IMG/VR virus record: IMGVR_UViG_3300015608_005401
Span: 1-64,000 of that record
Length of the DNA: 64,000 nucleotides
DNA from: a virus
Lineage: Duplodnaviria; Caudoviricetes
Strand: one strand, 5' to 3'
In this document: positions 28,449 through 39,652 of the stretch, piece after piece
Layout: each line of letters opens with the position of its first letter
Numbering within the stretch: the stretch's first letter is position 1
The notes under the pieces: model-generated
Told to the model about the DNA's origin: nothing
What the model saw: the letters and a program-made list of their open reading frames with translations, nothing else
Database searches by the model: none
Position numbers and translations under genes: made by a program

Positions 28449-31400
28449 TTATAAACTTATATTTTTATTAGCCGTTTGAACTCCTAAGAAATTAGCATTT
28501 TTAACTAATGTTTTATTAGACTCTTCTTTTTTCTTTATTTCTAAATTGTTTGATGTTATGTAGTGATAGTTATAATCCCACGTTGATTTAAATATAAATG
28601 AATCAACAACAGTATAGCCAAATTCATCTAACATTGGATAAATTGATTTTTGATTTTTAACATTATAAAGCTTTAGTATATCTTCTTTGTGATTAATTTT
28701 TCTAATTTTTCTTTCCTTCATTATACCAAATGATGTTAATGTTGTATCAAATTTGTAATTTTCTTCTATTAGAGTGTTGGAATCTAACTTTGGAGATTCA
28801 AATAAGTCTATAGAGTAGAATATTGGCATATAAAATCCACTAAACCTGTATATAACATCACTAGTAATATTAATAGAACCACTGTAGTTTATAGTTGGCT
28901 TTGGAACATTCTTATTAGAGTTTATTTCAACCGCCACTGCTGTTTTATTATAATAATTTAAGTTTGATAAATCAGGATTTATAGATGATAAAACTTTTGT
29001 AGGTTTTAATTCTTTAGGTGAATCAACTATTTTAAACTCTAAAGAGTGAGCTTTCATTACAACTTCATCCGGTACTTCACATTTTATAAAATATGGTAGT
29101 CCTGCAATATTATCATGATTATATCTCTGAATACTATTATCTTCATTTATTATTATGTAATTTACATAATCTGTAAATCCATATTTATTTGAAATATCGT
29201 TAATACATTCTATGAAATTATGAGCTGTTAATTTTGTATTTAACTCATTATACATATTATCTCTTTCATTCTCAGATATTCCAGGTATTGTATTGTCAGC
29301 TATATCAATGTTTATAAGAACATTTTTCCACTTTTTATTTATGTAGATATTAATACCATTCTCTAATGTAGAATTAGAAGCATTACTATTAATCATATAG
29401 TAAGAATTATTCATCTCTATTATAGGATTTAATGATGAGCTGTAAGCTAAGCTTGTATCTGGCACCAGTGAATATATTCTTAACCAATCAGATGAAATGC
29501 CTGGTTCATTACCAGACATAACAGATGTTAGTGATTTATAGACTATACTATTGTGTATTGTGTATTGATTTATATTATAAGATATACTTGGGTTCCACAA
29601 TTGAACTACTGACCATTTTGGATTTGATGATTGAGTAGCAACCCAATAGTATCTACCAACAGTTTCATAGACACTATAACCATCCAAAAGACTTCTTTTT
29701 GAGCTATAAACATTTGAAAAAGCATAAGGTTCTTTGTAATCTGGTCTGTGATGATTAGATGATGTCATAGACATATAATATTGACCTTTAAATAAAACAA
29801 CCTCACTCTGTGTATAACCATTAACTGAGTCTGACTTTATAGGATTCCAAAAGTCATCACCCGTAGAAGAATTACATATATAGTAGTCTCCGCTATTATA
29901 AACAATAACGCCACCGGTTCCTACGCCCGCTCCAGGATAGGTCAATGATGGATTCCAAAATATTGAACTAAAGGTAGGAGAATATACTGACCAACCTGAT
30001 TGATTATAAGGTGCAGAAATTGCTTTTTTAATATTAACATATTCTTTAACAGGGTTTGTGACGATATTACTACTTGTTGATGATATGTATAATATATCAT
30101 CTTTTAAAACTATATCACCGTTATTATAAGTTTTATCCATTTTCCAATCATCAAAAATTGTCCAATTCATTAAATTTTGAGATTGTGTTAAAACGCCTAT
30201 ATTATTACCAACCGGAGAGTCAATAACTGACCAATCATTATCTGATAGTAGGATTGAGAATTTATATCCATCAAATGTGTTTGATGTTTTTAAATTAAAT
30301 ACTTCTATTTTACCAGTCTCATCTTTTTTAACATCTTCAACATCATAGATTAAAAATTTCAGTCCTTTGAATAAAGTAATGTTTGGTATTGATTTATCAG
30401 CTCTGTTAAATAAAGAGTATTTTTTTGAATTTTTATTAATTTTATAATTATCAAATCTTGCATTTTTTTCAAAAAAGTGTGAAAAATAGTCAAAACTATA
30501 AGTTGCTGAATATGTCCCATTTGAATATGTCGCCATATTAAGATATTTATCTAATTCAAATTTGAATGATGTATCAATACCATTTACATTTTGACTCTCA
30601 ACGTGTAGTGTATGATGTATGTATGAGAATGTGGATGAATTTATTGTATAGAAGTAGTCTAAATTTCTTTCAATTCTTTTAGGATTTGGATCAAAAGGAT
30701 TAACACTTCTATTATAGTCTTCAAATATCAATGAGTTATTCAATAGATATGGTACATCATTAGCAGATAAAGAGTTTTGAAATCCCCATCTACAATATGT
30801 GCTATTTTTTCTCCATATTTCAGAAAGATCACCATTATCTATTTTAAATGTTTCATGATTTGCAGTATATTCAGATGAGACGGGTATATTAGAAACCACC
30901 TCTTTGAATATAAAGTCATCATAATGTTTAGGTATTGATTTACTTCTTAAATCAACTAAGTATAATTTAGTCTCATCTGTTTCTGTTAAATCATATTTAT
31001 TTTCATATTCAAATTTTGAATATTCAGTATCTACAATTCTTGTATCAAAATCTTTAATATCTGTAAATTTTAATTTATAGATATTAAATTTCTTAGGCGG
31101 ATTATCAGCATCTACCACAAAGCTAACTTTTTTAGTATAACTTGGATCATTCTTATTAATCCAGTACTCGTAGTCATTTTCATTTATTCTGAATGAATAG
31201 TCACTATTAATTCTTACTTTTGTAGTAGTGGTTAGTATTCCATTTACTAACTCAGGACTAGTTTCTCTTACTAAATTATGAAACACTCCATCAATTTCAA
31301 TTAACCAAACATCAGCTGTGTCCCATTCTGGAATTTGATAATTTGTATTATCATAGTTTAATATTCTATTAGGGTAAGCAGAATTATCACTTATCAAAGC

Positions 31401-32561
31401 TGTATTTTTATTTAGCATTGATTGCTTTCCTGATAAATCAACATCTGATATAATTCTATACTTTGTAATATTTGCATTAGTATATTGTTGAGTTACTACA
31501 TTACCGGTTACAACTGATTGTAAGGTTGCATTAGATTGAGTTTCTTGATACTTTTCAACTTTATAGTATTCACCATTATACTCAACATAATATACTTTAT
31601 GGTCTAAAAATCCTTCAACAAATGGATCGCCACTTGGAGAGTATAGTAAATTACCATTTTGTATAACAGCATCAGTTTTAATAAATGGAGTTATATATGG
31701 TGATATGGACCTTACTTTAACCATATCATCTAAATAAAATCCATAATATCTATTTATAGACCATTTTCTTAGTGATTCTGAATTAGCTGGAGTATCATCA
31801 AAAAGAAAAGTCATATTAATTATATTTGGAAATACAACTTTATTATTTTTGTACCCATCAAATACATACTTTTCAAATTCGAATATCTCTTTTTCTTCCT
31901 CATATACAGGCTCTAAAAACATAGACTTACTTGTATATCCACCATTCTCATAATCAATTCCATTCCACTTAGAAAACTCTAAGTTGTCAAAGCTCATTTC
32001 AAATGGTGTTAATGGGAAAAAAACATTTGTGTTAAAGTTTGATTCTAGCCATTCACCAAGTGGTGTTTTTTTAGTTAAATCAAATATCTTAACTGTTTTA
32101 AAGTTGTTTAATATAAGAGATTTGAAGTTCTCTCTTTTTACAGTCTCAATACCAGGCCCATCTACCCTAAATATTATAAAGTTTTTTGGTAGATTATTTG
32201 GTGAGATGTAAAGAGGTGCAAAATACTCAAACTCTTCTTTATAGTCTTTATTGTTTATTATATTTCTAGCACCATATTGATAAATCTCATCAAATTGAGA
32301 TGCATAATCTTTGCTAGCTGAATCTACATCATTTTCATATTTTATATAGTATGCTGTATCAGCTGGCAAACCATCATAAAAATATGTAATTAACTCATCA
32401 TAGTAGTTTTGTTTTATAAAAGAAACTTTTTTATACTTTGAATTTGAAAGTTCTTCTTTTGATTCAATACTACTTAATGAAAGGCTATAATTACTATCCA
32501 CCACTACTTTGATGTTAGTTGTTAGTCCGACATTGGTTCTTAATATAGCAAAGCTCTTCAC
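28449..32561 (-). CDS. Large putative virion protein (1370 aa) with repeated carbohydrate-binding-like W..Y..G modules
   Basis: WKMDKTYNNGDIVLKDDILY, WNPSLTYPG, WNPSISYNINQYTIHNSIVY. Confidence 0.7.
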   Translation of the reverse strand: MKSFAILRTNVGLTTNIKVVVDSNYSLSLSSIESKEELSNSKYKKVSFIKQNYYDELITYFYDGLPADTAYYIKYENDVDSASKDYASQFDEIYQYGARNIINNKDYKEEFEYFAPLYISPNNLPKNFIIFRVDGPGIETVKRENFKSLILNNFKTVKIFDLTKKTPLGEWLESNFNTNVFFPLTPFEMSFDNLEFSKWNGIDYENGGYTSKSMFLEPVYEEEKEIFEFEKYVFDGYKNNKVVFPNIINMTFLFDDTPANSESLRKWSINRYYGFYLDDMVKVRSISPYITPFIKTDAVIQNGNLLYSPSGDPFVEGFLDHKVYYVEYNGEYYKVEKYQETQSNATLQSVVTGNVVTQQYTNANITKYRIISDVDLSGKQSMLNKNTALISDNSAYPNRILNYDNTNYQIPEWDTADVWLIEIDGVFHNLVRETSPELVNGILTTTTKVRINSDYSFRINENDYEYWINKNDPSYTKKVSFVVDADNPPKKFNIYKLKFTDIKDFDTRIVDTEYSKFEYENKYDLTETDETKLYLVDLRSKSIPKHYDDFIFKEVVSNIPVSSEYTANHETFKIDNGDLSEIWRKNSTYCRWGFQNSLSANDVPYLLNNSLIFEDYNRSVNPFDPNPKRIERNLDYFYTINSSTFSYIHHTLHVESQNVNGIDTSFKFELDKYLNMATYSNGTYSATYSFDYFSHFFEKNARFDNYKINKNSKKYSLFNRADKSIPNITLFKGLKFLIYDVEDVKKDETGKIEVFNLKTSNTFDGYKFSILLSDNDWSVIDSPVGNNIGVLTQSQNLMNWTIFDDWKMDKTYNNGDIVLKDDILYISSTSSNIVTNPVKEYVNIKKAISAPYNQSGWSVYSPTFSSIFWNPSLTYPGAGVGTGGVIVYNSGDYYICNSSTGDDFWNPIKSDSVNGYTQSEVVLFKGQYYMSMTSSNHHRPDYKEPYAFSNVYSSKRSLLDGYSVYETVGRYYWVATQSSNPKWSVVQLWNPSISYNINQYTIHNSIVYKSLTSVMSGNEPGISSDWLRIYSLVPDTSLAYSSSLNPIIEMNNSYYMINSNASNSTLENGINIYINKKWKNVLINIDIADNTIPGISENERDNMYNELNTKLTAHNFIECINDISNKYGFTDYVNYIIINEDNSIQRYNHDNIAGLPYFIKCEVPDEVVMKAHSLEFKIVDSPKELKPTKVLSSINPDLSNLNYYNKTAVAVEINSNKNVPKPTINYSGSINITSDVIYRFSGFYMPIFYSIDLFESPKLDSNTLIEENYKFDTTLTSFGIMKERKIRKINHKEDILKLYNVKNQKSIYPMLDEFGYTVVDSFIFKSTWDYNYHYITSNNLEIKKKEESNKTLVKNANFLGVQTANKNISL

Positions 32562-32578
32562 TTAATAATGTTAATTTT

Positions 32579-35500
32579 TTATCCTGCTGATCTTACAGCT
32601 ATGTTATACCCAGCATTAGCATTTACTGCTTGTGTAGCCTTTTTCACAATTACTTTATTTCTGTTTATAACAAATTTTATACTAAATGTAAATGGTCTAT
32701 TTTCAGCCTCATTCTCTAAGAAGAATTTAACCTTCTTAACGTGTGTAACAGTTTGTCTTATAGCATTTAAATTAATATACTTATAGTTTAATCCATTTTG
32801 ATTAGTATCTAATGAGTTCATCTTAAAGTAAATGTTTATTGGAAGAATTGTTGCATTATTATCACCAGTATTAACTGTTTTTACTTTTTCTGAGTTAGTT
32901 TCAACTATTGATTCTAAGTTAGGAACAACTGGGTGTATAGTTGTCAATAGTTTTGTAGTTGAAGATACTGATACTGTACTATCTATCCACTTAGATGGAT
33001 CTAATAATGACTTATTATTACCAACAAAAGATAAAATAGATGACTCATTAAATCCAACATTATACTCATTAGAGCCTAATACACTTGTTATCGAGTTTGA
33101 TACATTTGTAGCAAATAGATTTCCTATATTTTCTGATAGTTTAGTAACACTTGAATCTATAATTGAGTCATAATTGACCATCCAAATATATTGGTTATTT
33201 AATTGTGTTCTGGTTTGACCAGATGTATCCGATGTGATTAACTCATCATGATCATTTACCCAGAATGTCTGAGGAGCACCAGTGTTATAGTAACTTGGAT
33301 TTTGTAAGTAAGTTCTATTTGAAAGCAATCCTAATGGAGAACTTGTAGATTTATTTCTAATTTTTACCACGAAGTCTTTAATAACATAGATATTATTAGC
33401 ATAAACTCTACCAGTTGGAATACCTGATCCAGTAAATGGATCTAAGTAGTCCTCACAATCAATATTAAATGTTGTTTCACTTCCATTAGCAGCAATAAAC
33501 TCTTGGTTATTTCTAAGAATAACGACTTCAAGCTCGCCTTTAACTCTTTTAATTTTCTCTTCAAGTGAAGATATTCTCTCTTGTAAAGATTTTAGATAGT
33601 TATATAAATCAAGTGCTACACCATTTTCGTCTTTAAAGCCAGACAATATCTTATTACTTTCATGATGAAATGTTAAATTATTAACAACTATTGTATCTGA
33701 TAAGTGATCATCAAGACCTTTTGCAGATAATTCCTGACTAACTTTAATTTTCAGATCTTCTGAAGTTGCCGCTTTTAAAATGAAATCGTTTTCATTTAAT
33801 ACGTTATTTAAGTCATCTGGAAACTCAATTGTTAATACATCTGACCAATCAGACTCAGTTGGCAAATCGGGCCAGCCAACTTCAGATATAGATTTAACTC
33901 TTATCTCAATTTTTTCATTTGATTGAATACTCAAATCTAATTGGTTAATGTTTGGTGTGTCAGCACTTGTAACATCTTCTATTTCCCATTTATACTCACC
34001 AGTGGCTGGGTTATAAGTTCTTTTTCTTGCATCTGTTTTGAATTCATTCCAGTTAGAAAAAGCCGCCTTTGTTTGAGTATTATCCACTTTGAATGTCTCA
34101 ACTGGTGGTTCAGAGCCATCTTTTGATAAGTATCTATATTGTACTCTAAATTGAACAACCTCTTGGGGTCTTGTTCCTCTAGTAACAACAGCAGATGGTA
34201 TAGTCCAAAAACCTCTAACTCTAAACTTAGGATCAACCTTTGTTTTAGGGTTATTTGATAGTGATATAATCTCTTGAGTAGTGGTTGATAGTAATTTAGA
34301 CTTAGCATCTTTCTTTCTACTTAACTCTTCAATCTCAAGTTGAACTTGTTTCTTTTCAGCCTCTGATTTATATTTAACAAATTTAGATTTAGCGTTTTTA
34401 TCAATAATAGCGTCTTGAATTTGTTGAACTTCAGACTTTAATGTGAGCTGATAGTTATGTTTTTGTTTAATTACATTAGAGTCTGGTGTATCAGTTAAAT
34501 GTTTGTTTATTTGAACAACTTTAAAGTTACCGGAGTTTAAAGTTGGTGCAACTGGAGTACCCGCTAAAGAATTAGGTGTCTTTTTAGCAACTAAGTCTTT
34601 TAATACTGTTCCATAATCATATACATAATCTGTATAGAATTGTTCCATAGTAAGACCATTTTGAGGAGCAGTTGAATCCAATGTTAAGTCATTAGTCCAG
34701 AAACCTGTACCTAAACTCCAGTTTCTTGCTAATAAGTGATTATCCGCATTTAGTGGCTTAATGAATATAACATTTCTCTCATCGTAGCCAACGCTAATTT
34801 TAACAACTTTACTATAAACTACAGGTGAGTATATTTTTAGTGTTCCTATTCCAACTGGAACTGGTTCAACGCCTTCGACTCTTTCCAATCTAACTCTTGG
34901 ATTAGATTCAGCAGTTGAAACCTCAATTACTTTATATCTTGTTGATGTTTGAGCAGAATTTATAATAACTTCACTACCAATAGAAAGTTTTGCTGTTTCA
35001 TTGGTTGCTCTTACTAAGTATGTTAGTGTATCCAATACATACCAAAGTTTTCTATTAATTCTATCTTCTTGTATTCTTAAAACACTGAACTGACCATCGT
35101 ATAGTAATTCGTGTGGATCTAAGTCAAAAACTTGTTCATCAAACTGTGGGTTTGTAGGATCAACTAAACCAGGTGTAGTTGTGTGCCAATTTTCAAAATC
35201 AGATATTAAAATAGATGAGTTCCCTCTAAATAGTGTATTAAAACTATTTAATGCAGATTGTCCTAAGTTTGTAAGAGCACCTGTAGCGTCTTTTGCAAAA
35301 TTAATAATATATCTTCTACTTTGAATTTTTCTAACATTATTTTCTACTTTACCAGTTAAATCTAACTCAACAGAAACTATTGGACTCATTAACCCATCAA
35401 AAAACCAGTTATTAAGTGCTTTGAATTTATTAATAGAACCAATTGCTCCGACAGCATTAGGTTCTCTATTTAAATCAACTGTGATTATTTTTTTATATTT

Positions 35501-35773
35501 ATTTTGATTTGAGGTAGCAATCATTGCACCTGCTGCATCTATACTATAAAGTGAATTGATATTGTTATTTAATCTATCAATCTCACCTTTAAGTGAGTTA
35601 AATGATGGTACAGCAAAAGTTCTTAGAACTCCATTTTCATCATATATTTTTATATTTACTGTACTATCTTGTGTAGTAACTAGTGAGTTTATTTGACCTA
35701 ATATTTCTATAATATTCTTATTAGATGAAATAACCTGGTCAGCTACTGTCGGAAATGAACTTTGAATAGGCAT
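32579..35773 (-). CDS. Large putative virion protein (1064 aa) with coiled coils and an FN3-like segment
   Basis: Long intact ORF preceded by a TTAATATATA motif at 35799-35808. Confidence 0.7.
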   Translation of the reverse strand: MPIQSSFPTVADQVISSNKNIIEILGQINSLVTTQDSTVNIKIYDENGVLRTFAVPSFNSLKGEIDRLNNNINSLYSIDAAGAMIATSNQNKYKKIITVDLNREPNAVGAIGSINKFKALNNWFFDGLMSPIVSVELDLTGKVENNVRKIQSRRYIINFAKDATGALTNLGQSALNSFNTLFRGNSSILISDFENWHTTTPGLVDPTNPQFDEQVFDLDPHELLYDGQFSVLRIQEDRINRKLWYVLDTLTYLVRATNETAKLSIGSEVIINSAQTSTRYKVIEVSTAESNPRVRLERVEGVEPVPVGIGTLKIYSPVVYSKVVKISVGYDERNVIFIKPLNADNHLLARNWSLGTGFWTNDLTLDSTAPQNGLTMEQFYTDYVYDYGTVLKDLVAKKTPNSLAGTPVAPTLNSGNFKVVQINKHLTDTPDSNVIKQKHNYQLTLKSEVQQIQDAIIDKNAKSKFVKYKSEAEKKQVQLEIEELSRKKDAKSKLLSTTTQEIISLSNNPKTKVDPKFRVRGFWTIPSAVVTRGTRPQEVVQFRVQYRYLSKDGSEPPVETFKVDNTQTKAAFSNWNEFKTDARKRTYNPATGEYKWEIEDVTSADTPNINQLDLSIQSNEKIEIRVKSISEVGWPDLPTESDWSDVLTIEFPDDLNNVLNENDFILKAATSEDLKIKVSQELSAKGLDDHLSDTIVVNNLTFHHESNKILSGFKDENGVALDLYNYLKSLQERISSLEEKIKRVKGELEVVILRNNQEFIAANGSETTFNIDCEDYLDPFTGSGIPTGRVYANNIYVIKDFVVKIRNKSTSSPLGLLSNRTYLQNPSYYNTGAPQTFWVNDHDELITSDTSGQTRTQLNNQYIWMVNYDSIIDSSVTKLSENIGNLFATNVSNSITSVLGSNEYNVGFNESSILSFVGNNKSLLDPSKWIDSTVSVSSTTKLLTTIHPVVPNLESIVETNSEKVKTVNTGDNNATILPINIYFKMNSLDTNQNGLNYKYINLNAIRQTVTHVKKVKFFLENEAENRPFTFSIKFVINRNKVIVKKATQAVNANAGYNIAVRSAG

Positions 35774-35864
35774 ATTTTTAATCTGTTGATTTTTTTATTA
35801 TATATTAAATTCTACTCATTTCTTTGGTATTTGTTTTTGTTAAAAAATTTACTTAAATTTGTAA

Positions 35865-36098
35865 ATGATGAAGATTTATACAGTTACATTTAATGATGGT
35901 GGTTGGCATAGCTCACTACCAAGCTATCAAGTAGTTGCATCTTCAAAAGAAGAAGCTATTGATAAAGTAAAGTCAGAACACACTTATTATAAAAGTTGGG
36001 ATTGTTGGGCAACAGAGTTCAAAATGGAAGGTTATGTAATTGAAGTATATGATGAAAAAACATATAACCGTAATAAAAATTTAGAAAATTTATTGTAA
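35865..36098 (+). CDS. Hypothetical protein, C-terminal motif family
   Basis: Ends NRNKNLENLL; TAAATTTG promoter upstream. Confidence 0.65.
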   Translation: MMKIYTVTFNDGGWHSSLPSYQVVASSKEEAIDKVKSEHTYYKSWDCWATEFKMEGYVIEVYDEKTYNRNKNLENLL

Positions 36099-36125
36099 GT
36101 AAAAAAAATTAACTATCTTTGTAAA

Positions 36126-37952
36126 ATGATTGAACAATTAAGAGAGCAAATTATTAAAGCAAATGAGTCTTATCGTCTTGGTAAGCCTGTTATATCCGAT
36201 GCTAAATACGATCAATTAGTTGAGGAACTTCAAATGTTATCACCGGATGATGAACTACTAAATAAGGTAGGTCATACAATTGCCGATGAATCTCGTAAAA
36301 GTAAATTACCTATTGAAATGGCTTCGATGAATAAAATCAAGTCAATAGATGATATCAATGATTGGTGTCGTCTAAAAGGTATTTCAAAATCAGAATATGT
36401 TATTATCACTCCTAAGTTTGATGGTTTATCACTTTGTGTAAATGAAGCCACATCAGAGGCTTGGACTCGTGGTGATGGTGAATTTGGTCAAAAATCAAAT
36501 GAACACTACTCTTTAATTCAAAATCACTTAAACTTAGAAGAAGATTCATTTAGCTTTACATATGGTGAAGTTATGATGCCTAAGCAAGTATTTGTTGATA
36601 AATACTCCGCTGATTTTGCCAACCCTCGTAATCTTGTTGCTGGTTTGTTAAACTCAAAAGAACCAGGTGACATTCTTAAAGATTGTCAGTATATTAAGTA
36701 TGGTGCTATCTGTAAAAGAAACTTCTCAACTAAACAAGAAGTTATCAATGAACTTAATAAAGGACAACAAACAAAAGTTCAATATTACATTTGTCAAATC
36801 TCTGACCTTGATGAAGATTTACTAATTGAATTATTCCACAAATTCTCTACTGAGTTTGAAATTGATGGATTGATTATAGAGTTAAATCGTCTTGACTTAC
36901 AATCTCAATTGGGTCGTGAAACATCATCTAATAATCCAGTATGGGCTCGTGCCTTCAAACATCCAAGTTTTGAACAATCTGCTGAAACAGATATTATCGG
37001 TATTTCTTGGAATATTTCTAAACAAGGTTTATTAAAACCAACTTTACATATCTCACCTGTTAAACTTGATGGTGTAACAGTATCTAACGTGACTGGTAAC
37101 AACGCCAGATTCGTAAAAGACTTAGGGCTTGGTGTAGGTGCTAAAGTAGTCGTAAAACGTTCTGGAATGGTTATTCCAATCATTGCGGATGTTGTCATTC
37201 CAGTTGAATTTCAAATGCCTGATGTTCCAAACATTGATTGGAATGAGAATGGCGTTGAATTAGTAACACTTTTTGAAACTGATGAACAACAACTTAAAAA
37301 GATTGTTGCTTTCTTTGAAATCTTAGAAGCAGACAATGTGTCAGAAGGTGTTATTACTCAATTGTGGGAAGCTGGTTACAGAACAATTAAAGATATTCTT
37401 AATCTTAAAAAACAAGATTTAGAAAAGATTGACCGTTTTGGAAAACGTAAAGCCGAAATTGTTTATAACTCAATTCAAAAGTCTATTACAGGTGTTCAAT
37501 TGTCTAAACTACAACATGCGACTGGTATCTTCAAAGGATTGGGATCACTTAGATTGGTGAAGTTAGAACATTTTAAAACAAAACCATCGGTTGATGATGT
37601 TATGATGATTGATGGGTTTGCGGAATCTTCCGCTAAATCGTATGTTGATAGTTATGATGAATTTTTTGATTTTATCAAAGGTCTTCCAATTACTATAATA
37701 GAAAAAGTTGAATCTGTTAAAGTTTCTAATGATTTAGAAGGTATGTCTTTTATCTTCACTGGGGTTAGAAGACCCGATCTTGTTAAGATTATAGAATCCA
37801 GAGGTGGGAAAGAATGCTCGTCTGTTTCTAAAAACACAACACATTTAGTTTGCGCCGATAAAGGTTCAAGTTCGTCTAAAATGAAGAAGGCAATTGATTT
37901 AGGAATACAAATTTTAGATGTAAAAGATTTAGAAAATCTTTTGTCATTATAA
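36126..37952 (+). CDS. ligA: NAD-dependent DNA ligase
   Basis: YRLG.P.ISDAKYD, KFDG, TRGDG, NPRN, EIDGL, OB fold, HhH repeats, C-terminal BRCT. Confidence 0.95.
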   Translation: MIEQLREQIIKANESYRLGKPVISDAKYDQLVEELQMLSPDDELLNKVGHTIADESRKSKLPIEMASMNKIKSIDDINDWCRLKGISKSEYVIITPKFDGLSLCVNEATSEAWTRGDGEFGQKSNEHYSLIQNHLNLEEDSFSFTYGEVMMPKQVFVDKYSADFANPRNLVAGLLNSKEPGDILKDCQYIKYGAICKRNFSTKQEVINELNKGQQTKVQYYICQISDLDEDLLIELFHKFSTEFEIDGLIIELNRLDLQSQLGRETSSNNPVWARAFKHPSFEQSAETDIIGISWNISKQGLLKPTLHISPVKLDGVTVSNVTGNNARFVKDLGLGVGAKVVVKRSGMVIPIIADVVIPVEFQMPDVPNIDWNENGVELVTLFETDEQQLKKIVAFFEILEADNVSEGVITQLWEAGYRTIKDILNLKKQDLEKIDRFGKRKAEIVYNSIQKSITGVQLSKLQHATGIFKGLGSLRLVKLEHFKTKPSVDDVMMIDGFAESSAKSYVDSYDEFFDFIKGLPITIIEKVESVKVSNDLEGMSFIFTGVRRPDLVKIIESRGGKECSSVSKNTTHLVCADKGSSSSKMKKAIDLGIQILDVKDLENLLSL

Positions 37953-37989
37953 GAAAAATCATTATATTTGTATAGCAAAATAAGAGAAA

Positions 37990-38610
37990 GTGAAAATAGA
38001 TTATCAATTAGAATATAGAAAACAATTACAAATAAATATCTCACTTGTAAGAAATGAGATAGATAATCCGGATTTTGTATTAAAAATTACAAATCATGCT
38101 GAAAAGTTTGGTAGAGAATATGATGAAGTGAAATCAAAAATCATGACTGATGATATGTATGCCGAGTGGTTCGCTAAAGATCCGGCTAAACAAAATATCT
38201 ATGAAAAATTAGCGGCTTCATATATATCCGGAATTGAAGATGTTGTTGATTTCAGAAATCTTCCAAATAGTGCTAAAATGTTTATTGTTGAAGGTAAAGT
38301 TACATCAGAAAGATTAAATGATGTTAAATCTATTGACTTTCACTTTAAAGTTGGTGATAATAACATTTATGCTTCACATAAATATATCAAAGCCACTTAT
38401 GGTGGTGCTCAAGATAATCAATATAATGATATCAGAAACTTTTTGAGAAATTGTAATAAAATTTCATCAGGTAATGATTATTATATAGCAATTTGTGATG
38501 GTCCATATTTTGATACGAAAATTCAAGTTCTAAATGACGACTTTGGATCAACAAATGTTTTAGCAATGACTATTGATGAATTAGAAGATTTTATAAATAA
38601 GATAAAATAA
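37990..38610 (+). CDS. Putative type II restriction endonuclease
   Basis: KSIDF...YASHKYIK..GGAQDNQYND nuclease-like pattern; convergent with the MTase. Confidence 0.55.
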   Translation: MKIDYQLEYRKQLQINISLVRNEIDNPDFVLKITNHAEKFGREYDEVKSKIMTDDMYAEWFAKDPAKQNIYEKLAASYISGIEDVVDFRNLPNSAKMFIVEGKVTSERLNDVKSIDFHFKVGDNNIYASHKYIKATYGGAQDNQYNDIRNFLRNCNKISSGNDYYIAICDGPYFDTKIQVLNDDFGSTNVLAMTIDELEDFINKIK

Positions 38611-38641
38611 AAAAAAGAGGGATTAAAATCCCTCTTTTTTT
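38611..38641. terminator. Bidirectional terminator between the endonuclease and MTase genes
   Basis: aaaaaaGAGGGAT-taaa-ATCCCTCtttttt. Confidence 0.8.
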
Positions 38642-39627
38642 ATAATATAACTTATAATTTTATAAGCAACATCAAATGATATTCTTTTTCTAGCATATGA
38701 TGATGTTGAGTTTCTAAAATTTGTTAGAAACATAGAATTATACTTTTCTCTATTTGATTCTAAAATTCTATTAAACTCATCACATATTTTAATCTCTTGT
38801 TCTTCTGTATATACTTTATCCATTACTAAAGTAGCAAAAGATCTATCACTTTCTTTACCATAGAAATGTTCTCTTTTGATACTTAAAGCAATTCTTCCCT
38901 CATTTGTCCCAGTATCAATTGCTCGTAAATATAGATTTGAGTTTGGTGTTCCATCTATTCTTAACCTTTTTATTCCAGTATTTTCTACACTATTTAGTAT
39001 ATCTAAAAAGTCAGATCCAATTCTCCAACCTGTTGATTTTTTCAAGTCATAATATTTGATTTCTTTATTGGGAAAAAAACAACACTCAATTGTATCATAC
39101 TCATCATTTCTATCCTCTTTTAACTTAAAAGAGAAAGAACATATAGTATATGTAGTATCATCAAATACCGTCTCCTCAAAAATATTTAATCTAATTATAT
39201 CAAACTTACTAAAAAACAAATCTCTTATTTTATTATCCTCATCACAAAAGAAATTTAAGGGAATTATTAATATACCACCACTACAATCAATTATGCTTTT
39301 TATAGCAGCTTTATATAAATCACTTACTTCATATAAATCATATAAAGATTTATCTTTATTTTTATTCCTGGCTAAGAATGGTGGATTAGTTACAACTAGT
39401 TTATTTTTATAATCTGGTTTATTTGATAGTGTATCTCTTTTCTCACAACCTTCAATTTTTGGATCTATATCATATATCTCATATTCATTATCAAATATTA
39501 ATAAATCTCCTTCTCCGCAAAATGGTTCTACAACTGTTAGATTTTTATCTAAATCCTCTAAAAGATTTCCTATGATATACTTGGACCTCTTTGTATAGAA
39601 TTGTCCTAATTTTACTTTATTTTCCAT
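38623..39627 (-). CDS. N6-adenine DNA methyltransferase
   Basis: LGQFYT, motif I EPFCGEGDL, motif IV VTNPPF. Confidence 0.9.
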   Translation of the reverse strand: MENKVKLGQFYTKRSKYIIGNLLEDLDKNLTVVEPFCGEGDLLIFDNEYEIYDIDPKIEGCEKRDTLSNKPDYKNKLVVTNPPFLARNKNKDKSLYDLYEVSDLYKAAIKSIIDCSGGILIIPLNFFCDEDNKIRDLFFSKFDIIRLNIFEETVFDDTTYTICSFSFKLKEDRNDEYDTIECCFFPNKEIKYYDLKKSTGWRIGSDFLDILNSVENTGIKRLRIDGTPNSNLYLRAIDTGTNEGRIALSIKREHFYGKESDRSFATLVMDKVYTEEQEIKICDEFNRILESNREKYNSMFLTNFRNSTSSYARKRISFDVAYKIISYIIKKEGF

Positions 39628-39652
39628 ATTTTTTATATTATTTTTTCATGTT